From assembly GCA_036172245.1 (NCBI GenBank), contig JAYWIR010000020.1:3410001-3450277 (forward strand): a DNA stretch of 40,277 nt. Reading direction: 5' to 3'. The notes under the pieces are model-generated. The model was not told the origin of the DNA. It did no database searches and saw only the letters and a list, made by a program, of their open reading frames with translations. Of the stretch, positions 21,930-34,829 are shown one piece after another; positions within the stretch are counted from its first letter, which is position 1; each line of letters starts with the position of its first letter. Made by a program: the position numbers and the translations under genes. The DNA is from Raillietiella orientalis. Taxonomy: Eukaryota.

Positions 21930-22900
21930 CATCCCACATTCTCAGGAAACTGCCTGTCATCGGCAGCAACTGTTCATTTTCGTTAGCGTTTGCCACAGGG
22001 AGGAAGAAGGCGCAAGATGACGGATCGAGCCAGGAGTCCGATCCGCTCCTCTCAACCCACCCATAGTGTGGCCAGTTCGAATCTTGCCAGGCAAGAGTGA
22101 CGATGCGCACTGCTGCGGGGAAACCATTAGCGAGCGCGGCTGGCGGCGCCCCCCCCCCACTGCTTGCGATCGTTCGACCGCGGTCCATCCTCGAGGAATG
22201 TGCTCTCTTTCGCTGACTTCCCAGAAAGTGCCAAACTCATTCCTCCGTTTAGGAAGTTTATCTCACAGGTAATCGATTCGGCAGAGCAAGTATTCCGGAA
22301 CGACCGAAAGAAACCGTATTTTTGAAACTCATTACCCAGAAGTTGGTTCTTCCTCGAGCTAACTTTTCCACTAAAATATTCCGAAGCAACCAGGACAGAA
22401 AATTACAGAAGCATTCAGGGAATTATCTGCCGGTGTATGATGACGCAAGGTTTCGAGTGAGCACCGGCATGATGCTCGAAAGTTTGTTTTCCAACAGATC
22501 GCGCACGCAATTAGAATTCCCCCCTCCCTCCTTAAACAACATTTTCTCCATTACTTCAGCTGGAATTCCATCCTCGGCGCGCTCGGTGTCACCGACGATG
22601 CGCATCCATTTGCGCACCATCCCAGTTGCGAACGAGTAAGATGGCGTTTGAGCGGGTGGCATCCACGGCGAGATCTGTTGCTGCTGTAGCGTGGTATGTG
22701 CTCTCTGGTCCACAGACGCGGAAGGCCAAGATGAATGGAGCCCACGCACACACGTCCGCCGGCTCGCGGAACAAGCCGAGTCACGTGTCACCGCTTTCTC
22801 AGCCGGGGTGGAGCGAGCAAGCTTATTCACAAGTTGCCAATCGCTCGAAATCACTGCTTACTCTCTGTCCTTTCGTCGACCTCACGGCAGTGCCATCGAC
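21930..22900 (+). mobile_element. Decayed LINE ORF2 3' fragment
   Basis: KETVFLKLITQKLVLP (~22307-22355), GNYLPV (~22418), and ICCCCSVVCALWS (~22673-22710), which resembles LCCICGIVAAWS of the younger copies at 34-36 kb. Confidence 0.35.
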
Positions 22901-23064
22901 GGTCTGAGAGGCTCTCAAAATTCCCAATTTTTCCTCGGATTCGAGACTGTCTACTCAGCTCTTGCAGAAAGGAGCATCCAACCATTAGAGATTGCATGCT
23001 GCAACCCCTGATGGTTCCTTTTTATATGAAAAGAAAAGAAGAAAAAAAAAAAAAAACGCAATGA

Positions 23065-24730
23065 AAAATCTTTGCCGATAGTCGGACCTATGGGTAGTAT
23101 TTGTCTAAAGGTAGCATTGATCACATCATAACTGTTTCTTTTGACAGAAGAATTTGTCTCACTATAGTCCTGGATGCTAGCATCATCATTGAATGGGATG
23201 AAGCGAGTGGTTAGCGCGGAAGAGAGGAAACGAGCTGTCTGAATACGCTGATGGAGGCACTGAACTGGGGAGCGATCCAGAGCAGCACACGTTAGAGAAT
23301 GGGAAATGTCTTGCCGTTCTACTCGCTGGAAAATGAATCCTGGGAGGCAGCAAGGCCATGTATTCCTTGGCCATAATACACAAAGCGGAGTTTTTGTGGG
23401 CATGCCGAAAGGTCCCACAGCTGAGCGTTTCAACAGTATCTCACCATCTGTGATCCATTTGTAGGGGATGATATAAGATCGAGTCTGGTTTGGAAGGCTC
23501 AGCCGCGGAAGGAAAGTTCCGAAACTGCTTATTGGTTTTCTGCTCGCAACCATGACATGTTTTTGCATTGTGAGGTGGTTGCGGTCGCAACCACAGCGAT
23601 TCCTCGAAAGGAACCTCTGGTTGCAGAGCTTCCGCCGGAGTTGTCCCAGTTCGATTCTCACTTTCATCGGAAGATTCCATGCCCGTGATCCTTGCCGTGG
23701 GCTTTTTCAACCGCGCGCGGACCGTTTCGGCGCCGTCTTTTTCCAACGCGCGGCGGCGGTGGCGACACGGGACGACTCGCTGCTTCCGACTCCCGCGACA
23801 CGCGCGGCCGCGTGGCGAAGCGCACGGGAGCGCTTCTGCCGCAGGTACGCGCGCCGCCCGGCGGCGGCGGCCTCCTCGCTCCCACCGTCCGTCAGCTCCG
23901 ACGGAAGAGCCGCCGCGCACACCGCTCTTCCGTCATCGGTCGGCTGGCGCAGCAGCAGCAGCAGCAGCAGAGAAACGTCGTCTCTTGATGGGCGACGGGA
24001 CAAGCGGCGAGCCGAAAAGTTTTGCAGTTCCCCCATCGAGCTGCTACTCTGGAGACCTTTCGCGAGGAGCGGATGGAGTTATTCCTGAGCCGCTTCGATG
24101 TAGGGGAGTCCCGGCACGCGTAAAACAGTTCATGCCGCATGCTGCCTTGCGAGGCTGCAGCGTAAAATCTCTCTTAACTTCATGCTTTCAAGATCGGTTT
24201 GGGACACTGACGTCACGTCCGACCTGCAAGTGGTCGAACGAAGGGCTATGATTGGAAAGAAAGAAAGCGGGGAGAGCTCTTTGGCAGGGGGCGTGCACAA
24301 TCATTCCCATGCGATCCTTCAAGCAGCCTTCCAGGCTGCGCCGTCCCATTCGCGGATGCTGCAGATATCATTGCTTTCGGGCAGAGCGCGTGCCCGTGGA
24401 GTGGATGACCGCTGTGCTGTCAGTGCAGGTGTTCGCACGCCGCTGTGAGTGCGTTCGTCTCGCCTCACGCCGTCTGTTCGGGCCCTTGCGTGAGGCTTGC
24501 GTGAAGCATCTCCTGTGTGTTTCGTACGCGATATCCGGAAAGCACGAGGCAGACGGCAGGGTCTTCCGGAGACAATGGCACTCGTGGCAGGTCAGGGCTC
24601 GCCTTCAGAATCCCTGCCTGCCCTTTCCACGGAACACGTACACCTGGCTCAGGCATCTCGGGCATTCCACTTTTTCACAGGAGGTGGGAAGCTTTGTCTG
24701 GACGACGTCGGCACCCTGGAGTAAGTGAAG
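23065..24730 (+). mobile_element. Decayed Tx1-like LINE ORF2 (RT C-terminus to zf-RVT)
   Basis: FADS (23071; YADD-like), ASIIIEWDEAS, LNWGAIQ..VREW, DRVWFG, then SVKSLLTSCFQDRFGTLTSRPTCKWS / LERKKAGRALWQGACTIIP / GVDDRCAV (~24160-24420), like Tx1 K.LY..C....L..R.DT.W...KR.GDLQW..LHG...DKCPFC. Confidence 0.6.
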
Positions 24731-26175
24731 GGACCTTAATCATTACTTCTCAAAGACTGCCCAAGCTGGAGGCTTATCCCTCGGACGCCAGAAGTACTGC
24801 GGAAGGGTATCTTGAGAGCGGAGGAGGAGCGCAAGTCGTGTCCTTGCTCCCTGTTTCTGGAATGGGATGGACGACACCGACGGATAGAGCGCTCTCACCT
24901 ACGGGTCGAATGCATAAGCAGAGGGGAAGAAGAGAGTTCAGCGGTCTCCTTGCCACGGGGCCCTCGAGTTCCACGGCGCTTCCTTGCGCGCTCGCTGAAA
25001 CGAACCGACAACCTGGATGCATCCGCTGGAACCGAGAGGGCGCCGGTCTAGAAGGGGACGAACACAAGCGTTACGGGGTTCCAGCAGCGAGCCCCTCGCG
25101 AGCAGTGCGGCGCCAGCCGATCGGCGACTTCCAAGCGCATTCCTCTTCCTTCCCTTTTCTTACTTCTGATGTTCGCATCGCGTTGGCTGCCTCTTCGGCA
25201 AAAGTTTCCCTGGGATCACATCTTGCGAGATGCAGCGACGATCCGGAAGACTCCTGCAAAGCGACCTGGACGTCTCGGAGAAGGCGGCGATCGGGGAGCG
25301 AAGATGCCATCGCGGAGAGCACCCTAGCGAAAAGGGGAATTGTCCCTCGCTGCCAGCTTGCTCCTACCTGGGGTGTGCTGGTTTTCTGATATGGCGGGAT
25401 GCACCGGCTCTCAGCCTCGGGACCATGATCAGCCACTGAGACGAAGCAGACGCCAGCTACTATCCACCCTGCTTCGTGGGGAGACGAAAGAACCTCGCTG
25501 TCCCACGATGGAATGCTGGGTTGAAGGCGCATGCACAATCTACAGGCCCAGTAGTTTCCCTCCGAAGTCGCGAACGGCTGTCTTATGAGGCGCTGAGCAG
25601 CCCACGCAAGCATCTCATGCCCTCTGACAGATTGGCGCGCATCGGCATTCTTCGTGACCAGGAAGAAGAATTCCTGAATGTAACCAGACGACGTCTCCAC
25701 GAAAAGAGACCAGACTGTTCGATCCTTTGCGGCGGAAACTGCGGGGAGCCGTCGGCACCTTCTCTTCGGAAAGCAGCACCTTGTGGAGACAGAACGAAAA
25801 GGAGGATCGACATGTACCCTTGGTCAACGTCGCCTCGATTGTCCTTCGAGCGTTTCTCTAAAGCAGGGACGACCTTGCGATGGTGGGAACACCTGCCTTT
25901 TCTCTCCGCATAGTCTTCTGCTCTCGATCATGCTCCTTTCTTGTTTCAAAAAACGTGGTCCTCTTCGACTGGCATCGAGGACCACCACCAGGGGGTATTC
26001 GCTGACATCCCCTGTAATTGTCTGTTCTCCCAAGGACGTGCGAGCTGTCGGTTCCGCCAGAGACGGAAGAAGAAATCGAGACTTTCGACTCCCATGGGCC
26101 GCGCGACCCTTGCGATTTCTGAGGCCCTTCATGCGCCCTGAAAAAATAAATTCCACTGCACTTCGCGCTCTTTGA
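24730..26175 (+). mobile_element. Second tandem decayed Tx1-like LINE ORF2 (RT to 3' end)
   Basis: KQRGRREF...ALPCALAE (~24915-25000; RG.RQG..L.LA.E), ALAASSAKVS (~25180-25210; ASSAKVNW), CSYLG (~25360), TCLF..DHAPFLFQKTW (~25890-25960). Confidence 0.5.
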
Positions 26176-26429
26176 AATCATCTGTCAAGTAAGGCCCGGC
26201 TCCCTCGTAGAAATAAGGCTTGCTGCATTAACCTTGGAGGGGAGAGAAAACCAACCGCCGAGGTCTTTCGATTCGCAGTCAGAGTGATTTGGGACTTACT
26301 TTCTTTCTTCTTCCGCCCTGCGACTGAAGCCAAATCCGAAGGAACAGCATGCACATGGCGACGGAGACGTCCCCGCCCGTGTCGGAAAATGCACGCGGCC
26401 TTTCCGCTCGCCCTCCGTCCCTCCCCAAC

Positions 26430-27230
26430 CGCACAGTTCGTTAACGCAAATCAAATGATAACTTCGAACACGAGCCTGAATGTGAATGGCGCCTCCGGTT
26501 TTGACGGAAAATATAATCTTCCGTTCACGTTGACAAACGAGTTCACGGTCTGCACACACATCTTACCCATTCGAAGGATTCTCAAGCATCGGAAGTGTCG
26601 AGTTCTCAAGATCGACCGACTTGATGTGAATACAAATAAATCAAAGTTCGAAGAGATTGTAATCGGGAAGGAACAACTGAAGCCCGTTGATTCAGAAACG
26701 TTAGCAGGAAAATGACACGTACATAATTGAATGAGGAATCTATTCGGAATTCAGAACGTTATCACTCTGTGTACGCGTAAATGGCGAAATTAAATCCATA
26801 TAAAATTCGTATGACGCTATCGGTTGAGAGACGAGGGGGAGGGGGGGAGGGGAAGCTACTCTACCTTTGTTTTTTTCGTTTTCGATATCTGGTGCTTGTT
26901 GTTGTTGTTTTCCATCATCCACATCAACAACTTGCAAGCCTTTTGTGTGTGTGTGTATGTGTAACCCACTGTTAACACAACACCCAACAAGACAAACTCT
27001 TCAGGAAAGTACGATAATCCGGCACGTTCGCGCGCTTCCTCTCGTTCCTCTTCTCGGTGGGCAGCTCAGCCTACGAGCGTGATCGGGGCGCAGAAGACCA
27101 ACATGGCGCCGCAACAATGCCGCTGAATTCGAGTAACCTAGACGACACGCTCCGGCAGCGCGAGCGACAGGCTGATGGCGGAGAGCGGTGGGCCAGCACG
27201 GTACCTGGCGAGCACGGAAGGCGCACCGGA
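26430..27230 (+). mobile_element. Decayed RTE-like LINE 3' portion
   Basis: RLDVNTNKSK..IVIGKEQLKPVDS (~26617-26695; L.IN..KTK...I.I.G..L..VD) and GRRRPTWRRNNAAE....AAR..*WRRAV (~27085-27190), like the RTE C-terminal GRP..TW.....A.DR..WR..V. Confidence 0.5.
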
Positions 27231-27949
27231 CGGCCCGGCAGAGTGAAAGGTTTGTCGTTCCGTTTCCGTTTTGCTTCTGGTGCTTAATACTCGTAGCGTA
27301 TAATCGCCGGGAAAGTCGGGACCCACGGTTTCCTAATACGCAATTTTCCGCGGGATGCATTTTATTTCCCTTTCTTCCAAGTAAACAAGTGCCAAAATCC
27401 ACGGGCGATCGGGTGATGGTAGTCAGTGGATCCGCTTTTCGACGACGTGGAAATAAAACTTTCAGACGTTCGATGCTCGTGAGTGAGTGGGGAAACCCGT
27501 GCTTTCCGTTTGGCCGTCGGGAGAAAAGGATGGCGACGTGGACCGCTTCCGTTGCGGCGGAACGCGAGAGCGGAAAAAGTTCGGGAAAGTTCTCAGGATG
27601 CGGGTAGGCCGCCGCCGGGGGAAAAAGGGGGGGAGAGGGTGGGGAGAGAAGCTTGCAATGGAAACGACGCTGCCTCTTGGCGGCGCAAAGAGCAAGAGCC
27701 TAAGGAACACTTCGTTTCCTTGCTGACAGCGTGCACGCGAGAGGCAGATCCGCTCCAAGGTGGCCCCCACTCATCTCCCGGCAAGCTAATTCTTCCCCGG
27801 CGCGCGCGCGCGCGTGTGACGCGAACATCCGCGCGCTTCGTGAGCGAGCACGGAGGAGGAGGATGCGTGCTGCGGTGACCGCGGTCCTTAATCCCCGAGT
27901 TGCGTGTGCTCCGTGCTCTCCGAGGAAGCGGATTGGGAAGGGCCACGTC

Positions 27950-30900
27950 TCACGTTTCCAGGACCTGTGGCCCTGGAGCTTCAGGAGAAAGAGAGGGAGG
28001 GAATCTGTGAGCGATACCCCGAGCTCCCTCCTCTCTTCTGGTTGCCAGGCATGGCGGTCTGGTAGCACGAGGGGTTGCCAGGCTTTCGGAGGCGAAGGGC
28101 CTCGAATCAAGAGCGGCTCTACTTGGTCGAGTCCTTCCCATAACCACCGGGACTCCTGGCAATGAACAGGAGGGGCCGCCGTAGCGGGAGATCCCGGGTT
28201 CTGGGGCCGGGGGAGAAGGGCTGTCCGTCCTGCTGGAACCTCCGGCGATTCCGGAAGACGACGCAGGCAGGCGGTGTGACGTGTCGCCGAGAGACGCCGA
28301 CGCGAGGGTGATGTCGCTCCTGCGGGGGAGGCTGATCGGGGATGAAAAAAAAACGGGATGGCGGAGAAACTTCCCTTCCTCCTCCTTGTCTTCTCTTTCT
28401 CTCGAGCCTCCCGCGGGAAGCTCGTCCTCCCCCGGCTTAACATACCAGCGTGAGTGTCCCATGGGGAGCCGAGCCCAGGGCGGCCTGCGACCCAGGAGAC
28501 GGTGGGGGCAGCGTACGAGGGGTCTCGCATCTTCCCGCGACCGCCTGCCGTGTGGATCACCAACCTCTACGCATAGTCCTCGGAGAACCCCTGAGACGAC
28601 CCGAAGTGAAAGGAAGGCGTGGGCCCCAAGTCCGCCCGGCGGGTCCTCTGGTCGCGGTCCCTGGGTGCCTCCCGGGAACAGAGAATCGCCGGTCGGAAGG
28701 CAGGGAAAGAGGTCGCTGCTGCCGCCGCCTCCAGCTGCCCCTTCCTGGCGCCTGTTGGGAGCGCTGCCTACGACGAAGGGGCTGCTTCCCAGCGACCTGT
28801 GCCAATGGGCTGGGCTCCTCCCGCGAGCGACCCTCGGGGGCCTCCGCCAGCGCCTTCTGCTTCGTCCCGTCGCTGCAGCAGCAGCGCGCACTCGGTGCGT
28901 GCCAGGACATGGGAACGGCGGTTCGAGGGACGCCGACTCGCGGGCGCGTCCGCAGCACCCGAGGGAGAAGTCCCGGCGGCAGCGGAGGACGCGGCTTTTC
29001 CGGGTCGCTGCCGTGGGCGGACGGGCGGCAGCATCCGACTGCGGGCACAGTTGAGGTCCGTCCGTCGCCCCCTCGCCCAGGAGAAGGAGGGTCGGGTCGA
29101 GGGGACGCAGTTCAGGGCGGCGCAAACGAGACCGAGAGACAGCCGGAAGTGCGGGTCAGCGACGACCGAGGAGGGGAAGTTGGGGCGGGAGGGATAACCG
29201 AGCCTCCTACTGCCCGCCCGTCTCCCCGCTCGGAAGCCAACGGGGGCGAACGGGTGCGCCGCCGACCCACGCTTCCCTACCGCGGACACCCCAGGCAGGA
29301 GAGGACCGAGTCGCGAGGGACAGCGGAGGGGTCGCCGCGCTCCTGTTCTCGGTTCTGGGCGCGGTGCCGGCGGGATGAAAGCTCCTTCCTCTTCCTTTCT
29401 CAGGGAAGTGCTTCGGCCGCCTTTCGTGGCCACGGCAACGTGGAAGGCGATCCTCGCGGAGGCAAAAGTCGGAGCACTGGGCTCCCTCCGTCCCCTGTGG
29501 GAGGCGTGTCGCCCCCCCCCCTCTCCTCTCCGGGAGAGGCCGAGGCGAGCGACAGCCGCGCCGCGACCGCTCCGCTCTTTGCGTGCGCAGGGGCGGGCCA
29601 GCCCCTAAAGAATAAGAATAAGAATTCGCTCTCGAGCGGCCGGAGAGGGTCGTCTCCTTGGGGCGTGGTCGTGGCGCGTGCTTGCCGCGGTCCGGAGCGG
29701 GCAAGAAGCCAGGGGACTCCTCGGCACGGTCTGTACTGTTGGCCATGCGACTAGCCTCCCCTGGACAGCCCGAGGGTGTCCCGGGACTCCCCCGTCGTTC
29801 CTTCGAACGCACGTGCGTGCTGCGTGCCACGGGAGGCGACGACGACGTGCAGCGGCGGCCAGGAGAGCGACCGGAGCACTGAGGGTTTCTTGCCGATAAC
29901 AACACACGGAAGGACCCTCCACTGACTGCCAGAGGGGAAAGGGAGGGGTGTCGAATGCCCCTCCCTCTCTTCCGCCCCCTCTCGGGTTTCCCTGAGAGTG
30001 TTGCCCGTCCTCCGCCTCCCCTGACCTGCTCGCGCTCGCAGCATCGCCATTCCTCCTACGGAGGTGGCGGCCGGGAGCGGCGAAAACGAAAGTGCACCGT
30101 GCTCGGAACTTCCTTCGGCGGTTACCCCGGAGACATGGGATGTCCTCCCTCTTCGCACGAGTGGGGGGGGGGGAGCTCCGAACGTCTCAAGCAGGAGGAG
30201 CCCCGCCTTTCCATCTGGAGGTGACCACCGGGAGTCCCACGCTCCGTCGTCTGCGTTTTCCCTTCCACTCCCCCGCTCTGAACCGGCGATGTCGTCCCGG
30301 AAGGTCCCTCTGGAGCCTTCCCGCCTTCCTGTTCGTCTCGCGGGTGGGGTGCACCCTGGTCCCTAGCAACGGGATGCCCCTCCTCCAAAGACCCCGCCCT
30401 TCCAGAAGGTCCGCGAGCGTCAGGGGTGGGAGGGAATTCGTCGACGGCGGCTTGACCCGCTGCGTTCCCCCCTTCCTCTTGGAGGAGCGTCCGGGGACGA
30501 GAGATGGCGTGCGCCCCAGGGGAGCGTGCGGGACGCTCCAGGCAGGAGCAAGCAGAGAGGAGGGCATGGGGCTCCAAGGGAGGATGCACCTCGCGGCTGT
30601 AAGGCGCCGGTTGGGGGGTGGGGGCGCAGCGCAGAGGGTTGCGCGCTCCTCGGTGGCATCGTGGTGGCGTTTCCGGGCGGGCGAACTCTCCAAGGCCTCG
30701 GCTGCGCCTTCCCGGGAGGGCGCAGCCGAACGTTCTTCGCCGATGCCCCCCGGTCTCTCTGGTGCACCACGCAGCCTCGATGGGTGCGCAGCGGGGCGCG
30801 CGCGCACGCCTTGCGCTCAGCCTCTCGCTTCTGAGACCGTCCTCCGCCGTGATTGGCGGAGACGCCCCTGAGTCGTTTTGCGCTCCAGCGCGGGGCGACC

Positions 30901-32900
30901 GCGACTGGTCGGTCACGTGCAGGCACGCCGGCCGGCCGGCTGCCCCGTCTCCCGGTGACCTCGCGCGAGCGGACCGCCCCTGACGGGTCTCTCTGTACTT
31001 TCGTGAGTTTCGCGGATGGTCTGTCCCTCCAGCGAGGAGGCACTCCCTGGACCGTGTTGCCCGCGCTCTCGGCGCCAGTCGGTAGTTGCTCCGCAGCGGG
31101 ATGCCTCGGGGCGGCTAGAACGACCTTCGTCCCGCCTGCCGTCCTTCAGCACCTCCAGGTCGACCTCACTCAGAGGACTGGCTGGCCGGAAGGAAGCGGC
31201 ACCTCGCAAGCGACAGCCGTCCCCAGGAGCCATCGGGAGTTGCCCTCCACCAAAGACGCGCGGATCGCTTCGCTACCAACATGTCAGCGGGCCAGAGAGA
31301 CCGCGCCCGTCGCTTCCGGTTGACGGCGCGCGCGTCGGTGGAGCGCGGAAGGAACCCTCGGTAGTGGGAGGCTCGTTCGGATGATGCAAGCGTCACTCTG
31401 GATCCTCTGATCCAGTGCATCGTCCCACCCCCGCGTCTGGGGCGAACGTTCCGGGCGATCCCGGTTCCCTTCTTCCTGTCCGGACGCCGTCCACAAGCCC
31501 GGCCCCGGGTTTCGGTTGGGGATTCCTGTAGGGCGCAGGCAATCGGACCCGTGCAGGAACGACCTCCGGAGACTCCTGGAGGGATCCCTGCTCGCGCTAA
31601 TACGGCTCCTCGGATCGCGGCTGCTGACCACACGTCTAGCTGTTCCACGTTAGCGAACTTTCCCTCTCCCTCCCGGGACTACCTGGAAACACCGCCGCCT
31701 CGGAGCTCCCACGTTTCCTGGGCAGCCACGGGGAGGAAGCTTCGTGAGTCGCGGAGCCTCTGCCACCTCGCAGGAGATCGCGACGGCGTCCGGAGGGGCT
31801 TCCGTGCTCCGCTCGAGGGGGCAGAGGCTGACCCGCCCCTCGCAAGCACCACCTCCACGTGGGATCACGGAGCAGGCACGGAGAAGCTCCGATGGAGGGG
31901 TCCTAGAAGGGATGGGGGTGGAGAGGAGAGCTCGCTCGGGGCGCAATCGGGTCTGATGCATGACCCGGAGCGCGCGAGGTGAGAGGCACTCGCGAGACGG
32001 CTGAATCAGCGAGGTTTTCCCTTCGGAGGCACTCGGAGTCGCGGGCACGAGAGTGTCCAGCGGGAGTACCCAGGGTAGGAAGAGGGTGTCCAGCAGCATG
32101 ACCTCTGGACGACCGAGTCGAGAAAGCAGCAGGGGTGGGACTCGAGGATCATCTCCCTCGCCCACTGCATCGCGCTGGCACCCTCAAGGGGCGACCGAGG
32201 CCGAGGAACAACACAACCCCTCTCTTTTAAAGGACCCCTCCCCTAATCGCTTGCTGCAGCAGGGGGGGGATGACTGAGAGCCTGAAGGTATCACCGGAAC
32301 GGGGAAGAGAGCTCCCCTGCGGGGAGAGGGGATTCCTACGGGAGAACGGAAGGGGTTCGCGGCCACCCCCGGAGAACTTCCGTGCCTGTGGGGGCAGCGA
32401 GCCAGCGGGAAATACTGCTGCGACGGCCCTCCTCCCCTTCTCGACCACCAGAAGGGCGGGCGAGTGAAGGATCAAGGCGGAGGCGGCTGCCCCGGTCATC
32501 TTGGAGTCGGCGCACCCTCTGGCAATTTCGGGCGCACTTCCTCCGCTGTTCCCAGGGATCGGAAAGGAAGCAGTCGTCCGACTCCTCCTCCTCCCCTCTT
32601 TCCCAAAAGGAAGGAAGCAGTCGTCCTCGAAAGTTAGACCCATGTAGCCACCCAAGATGCGATCACGCTAAAGCCCCCCCCCCTCCTAAAGGCACGAGGC
32701 GATAAGGCGGGAGCGGCAGGGGAGGTCCACCGTGCTCGACCTCATCCCAGAACGGGAGCAAAGAAAAAAAAAAGGAAATACAAGATGCGAGCAGCTGGAG
32801 GCTGCGAGATCCTGCGGGGCTGCCGCCGGCACAAGGGGGCACTGCGTTTTCGAATCCGCGCGCGCACCTGGGAGCGAGGCCCAGCGCCTCTCTTCCTCCC
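27950..32900 (-). mobile_element. Near full-length decayed L1-type LINE ORF2 (endonuclease, RT, zf-RVT)
   Basis: GGYMGLTFEDDCFL (~32610-32655; NIYGPN.DD..FF), SFRPASPLSEVDLEVLK (~31145-31195; SFRPISLLNVD.KIL), LPPLTLADLLEGRGLWRRGIPL (~30370-30435), GRLVAW (~29740-29760), SLRKEEEGAFIP (~29370-29410), VHCQESRWLWEGL (~28130-28170), RSWKRE (~27950-27970). Confidence 0.7.
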
Positions 32901-33179
32901 CATCTGCAAGAGCGCAGGCGAACGCAGATGCAAACAGGACGGAGTCACCTGCGCCGACCGCCGTTCTTCCTTTCCGGCTGGTTCTCTCTCTCTCCGCGGC
33001 GTCCGCGCCGGCGACTCCCGGGCGCTCTCGCGAATCCTCAGGCGCCGCCGCCGCTGCCGGTACGGCACGGCCACGCACGAGAGCGCGAGTACCGCTGCGG
33101 TGGTCGCGTGTCTCCCTCCGTCCTCAGGAAGCTGCGCGGTTCTCGGAGGTCCGTCCGGCGCCTCCCGGGCTTCATCTCC

Positions 33180-34052
33180 TGCGAAACTTCCCTCTTCACC
33201 TTCGATCTTCTTTCCAGCTCCCGTGCTGCCGGTCCACGTTGGTCTCCCGCGCAAGGTTGCGCACCGCGTGCGCGTGGAGGACGACGGCGCCCGCTTGAAC
33301 GGAGAGGGTCGGTCAGCTGGCAAACTGCTCTTCGGAATTCCAAGATGAGTTTCAGACGAGTTCGAGAGAAACAAACAGGAAAAAAAGGGGGTAGAGAGGA
33401 AGGGGGGGAGGGGAGGAGGAGGCAGAGAGGAAAGGTAAACAGCAACGAAGAAAAGGAAAAGAAGGGAGAGAGAGGAGGAAAGATGGCTCACGCAGTCAGG
33501 TCCTCGAGTGAAGAGCGTCCATTCCTCTTGTTCCTTCGCGCGCGCTTCGAGTAGGCGGCAAGGACGCGTTCCCTCCTGCGGGCCCGCTGCGCGCCTGGAT
33601 CGGGAAGTGCAGACTTGAAAGGGGAACCTCATGTTTGCGGATGTTCTGCAACACTCGGAGAGGTGCACCTGCAAGGCACGTGTGCGTGCTGATTGCTGGG
33701 TAGGAAGCGAGGGGTTGGTGACTCCTCTCCCGTGGAAAAGGATCACGGCCGGATTTTCGAAAACACCGGGAAGCAACGTACATCAAAGCAACCCAGCAGA
33801 GGGGCGCACGCACACAGAGTCCGCGGCTTTCCTCAGGAAAGAAAAGCAGCGCCAGAATTCGATGACCTACCTCTGGGGAAGATGTTTCGTTTCCGCTGGT
33901 TTCCCGGGATTCATGAAGAGGGCGAAGGCTCTAGAAGACAAATGCCCCATCCTATTCGCAGGTCGATTCCACTTCCTTCCAAGGGAAAAAGGAACATGGA
34001 AGAAGCGTTTCCCAGAGCTTGCGTTAATGCGGAGCCTTGCAGGCAAAACCGC
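33180..34052 (+). mobile_element. Decayed LINE RT, 5' part (continues at ~34830)
   Basis: AGFSKTPGSNVHQSN (~33750) and TYLWGRCFVSAGFPGFMKRAKALEDKCPILFAGRFHFLPREKG (~33865-33995), like YLW..L...GF..F...IK.LY.....NG...F...KG.RQ. Confidence 0.55.
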
Positions 34053-34660
34053 TTTTCTTTTCTTTTTTTTCCGATAACAGAAACATAGTGCAAGCGTGGT
34101 TACCACCCGGGTACGCCCGGGGCGTTTATTAAAATAAACTCTACAGAACGTGGTGCCAGACCCCACTAACGGCCAATAACACCGGACCTGCCGGGACGCA
34201 GCTCGGCGTGACTCTCCTCGGCAGTGGAAGGGGATGGGGGAAAAAACAAAAAGAAAAAATAAATTAATATGAAAAAAAAAAAAGGTTTGGAGGGAGGGGA
34301 AGGGATCACTGTCCACTTTGAGGGGGGCCCATCCTTCGCAGGATGCCCTTAAGGTCCATCAGCATTCCGCCCAGCTGGGGCCATCCGGTAGCTCTCACCA
34401 GGAAGCGAAGAGCATATGGGATGACGTCCCTCTCGTAGTGGCCATCTCCTTCGTCGTGGGCATCACTCCAAGCCGCCACGATGCCTCAGATGCAGCAAAG
34501 TGCTGCCACGGCTGCGGCTGGCTGCAGGGCGTCCCGAACGAAGAGTAGCCGGAAAACGTCTCTGGGCGCGCTGCTCGTTGGGAGCCCGAGGATCGTCCCG
34601 AACCGTTCCCACAGGGGTCGAAGAGCAGCACAGTCAACAAGAAGGTGGGGGAGCGATGTG
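34053..34660 (-). mobile_element. Younger 5'-truncated L1/Tx1-clade LINE 3' end with 3' UTR, AATAAA and A-rich tail
   Basis: One frame with a single internal stop: PHLLVDCAALRPLWERFGTILG...LCCI*GIVAAWSDAH...LKGILRRMGPPQSGQ* (stop 34306-34308). AATAAA at 34125-34130 (minus); A-tail 34053-34070. Homologous to 36070-36750. Confidence 0.8.
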
Positions 34661-34829
34661 CAAGCGTGGCCGGCAACGTAGGTGCGAAACACCATCCGTA
34701 CAGGAGGACAAAGTCATCTAATTTGAACCGTCGTCTGATTTCGGAAGCCGGCAACGGCCGAAAAACTCTTTCCGGTTTCGTTTCGGAAAACACACACAAC
34801 ATCCGCACGCACGCATGTCGGTGGTAAGG

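Noticed and set aside
26284..26715. 143-aa ORF with protein-like composition as a host exon
   Set aside because: Better explained as an RT C-terminal remnant; no convincing splice-site pair.
27950..29754. 391-aa and 434-aa ORFs
   Set aside because: GC-driven open frames within a frameshifted L1 relic; no intact protein.
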